A stretch of 46,836 nt of DNA from positions 1-46,836 of the forward strand of contig JAUNEM010000002.1 of assembly GCA_030525515.1 (NCBI GenBank). Direction: 5' to 3'. This stretch comes from Eubacteriales bacterium (GTDB taxonomy: Bacteria > Bacillota > Clostridia > Lachnospirales > Lachnospiraceae). Shown here piece by piece: positions 45,990-46,836 of this stretch. The number at the start of each line of letters is the position of its first letter. Position 1 is the first letter of the stretch. The position numbers and the translations under genes were made by a program. The notes below the pieces were generated by a model, which worked only from the letters and a program-made list of their open reading frames with translations, was not told where the DNA came from and did not search any database.

Positions 45990-46112
45990 TTTATTCTTCA
46001 TCGCGCAAGACTCGCGAGCGAGTCTTGAATTTCACACTTCAATGTTATGGGCGAATACCCGCAAACATGTATGAATAAACTACGCGCTGCTTCGCTCTTA
46101 CGAGCTCCCGCA
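45990..46112 (+). repeat. Most complete copy of the dispersed intergenic repeat family
   Basis: TTTATTCTTCATCGCGCAAGACTCGCGAGCGAGTCTTGAAT (45990-46030) plus a 51-bp module (46062-46112) shared with 14268-14318. Confidence 0.85.
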
Positions 46113-46276
46113 TCGCTCCTGCGTTAAGACATCGTTGAGAGACCGGCGTTTCAGGGTCTTTTGTACACGGACTTTGAAAACAGGAGATTTCTCGGACGTT
46201 ATCATACGCAGTACAGGTCATTTTAACATATTTACAGCAAGTAAAACAAGTTCATACATCATTTTACGTCATCATC

Positions 46277-46836
46277 TCACAGATCATTTTGCGCATTTTT
46301 GATTTTTTCTTTTGTCCAGAGATCGATCCTGTCTCTGAGCTGCTTCAGGTAAGGAAAATGCCCCGCTTCCTCCTTTCCGTAAGTGAACTGAAGGTCATAC
46401 TCGAGCGGCAGCCAGGAGGAAATATCGGATTCATTATGCTGAATCACAGCCTCAAGCTTGTCAAGTGCTTTGAAAAGCCTGGCTTCGGGAGTCCTCCTCT
46501 CCTGCATTTCCGCAAAGAGTTCCTCAAATTCCTTCTTCAAAGTTTCCGGAAATGTTCCGATCCAACCGGTGAGCTCCCTGTATTCCGTCTCTTCGTCTTT
46601 TCCGCTCTTCTCAAAAGTAGGAATATCTCCTGTAAAAGCTTCTCCCAGATCGTGGATGAGACACATTCTGATCACGCGGTCCAGGTCAATCCCGTCAAAT
46701 TGTCCGCTGCTGCTTAACAGCATAGCCATCAGAGCCGTTCTCCAGCTGTGCTCAGCCACGCTCTCCCTGCGCCCGCTGGAGGTGTCGCAGTGCCGGGTGC
46801 TGCACTTCAGCCGTTCCGCCACCGAGAGGATTTTCA
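46277..46836 (-). CDS. HD-domain phosphohydrolase (YfbR/HDDC2-like); 5' end outside the window
   Basis: AERLK..TRH, ESVAEHSWR, CLIHDLGEAFTGDIP, DKLEA. Confidence 0.88.
   Translation of the reverse strand, partial: KILSVAERLKCSTRHCDTSSGRRESVAEHSWRTALMAMLLSSSGQFDGIDLDRVIRMCLIHDLGEAFTGDIPTFEKSGKDEETEYRELTGWIGTFPETLKKEFEELFAEMQERRTPEARLFKALDKLEAVIQHNESDISSWLPLEYDLQFTYGKEEAGHFPYLKQLRDRIDLWTKEKIKNAQNDL

Overview
Chromosomal window from an anaerobic Firmicute, most likely Lachnospiraceae-like (inferred from gene content and order). In order it holds: a complete-order rnfCDGEAB operon (rnfB runs off the left end); a surface-glycan locus (CotH kinase, Wzz-like co-polymerase, an apparent Wzy-Wzx fusion, LicD, GT4, GT2); queA, an M18 aminopeptidase, 6S RNA, aminopeptidase P and thrC; a YprB-like nuclease and a cytidylate-kinase-like gene; GT2 plus an SDR epimerase; the HI0933-cmk-ispH-rpsA operon with an inserted MBL/cell-wall-binding gene; a FAD-domain-less dihydropyrimidine dehydrogenase; a queuosine-salvage operon; paaK-ACT; tRNA-Glu(CTC); cobB; a HAD phosphatase; VTC-domain/DUF4956 genes; and an HD-domain gene. 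Two findings stand out. (1) A preQ1-I riboswitch with a full terminator/antiterminator platform heads a QueK-like hydrolase, a QrtT-type ECF S-component and an NAD-type SDR. The SDR sits where the radical-SAM queuine lyase QueL would be expected, suggesting an undescribed queuine-to-preQ1 route. (2) An unannotated Phe-rich leader peptide with a classical attenuator precedes phenylacetate-CoA ligase. The intergenic DNA is rich in short tandem duplications (several echo the stop-codon region of the upstream gene) and in a dispersed palindromic repeat family. I saw no CRISPR array, transposase or prophage. All family calls come from motif recognition by eye, not database searches.
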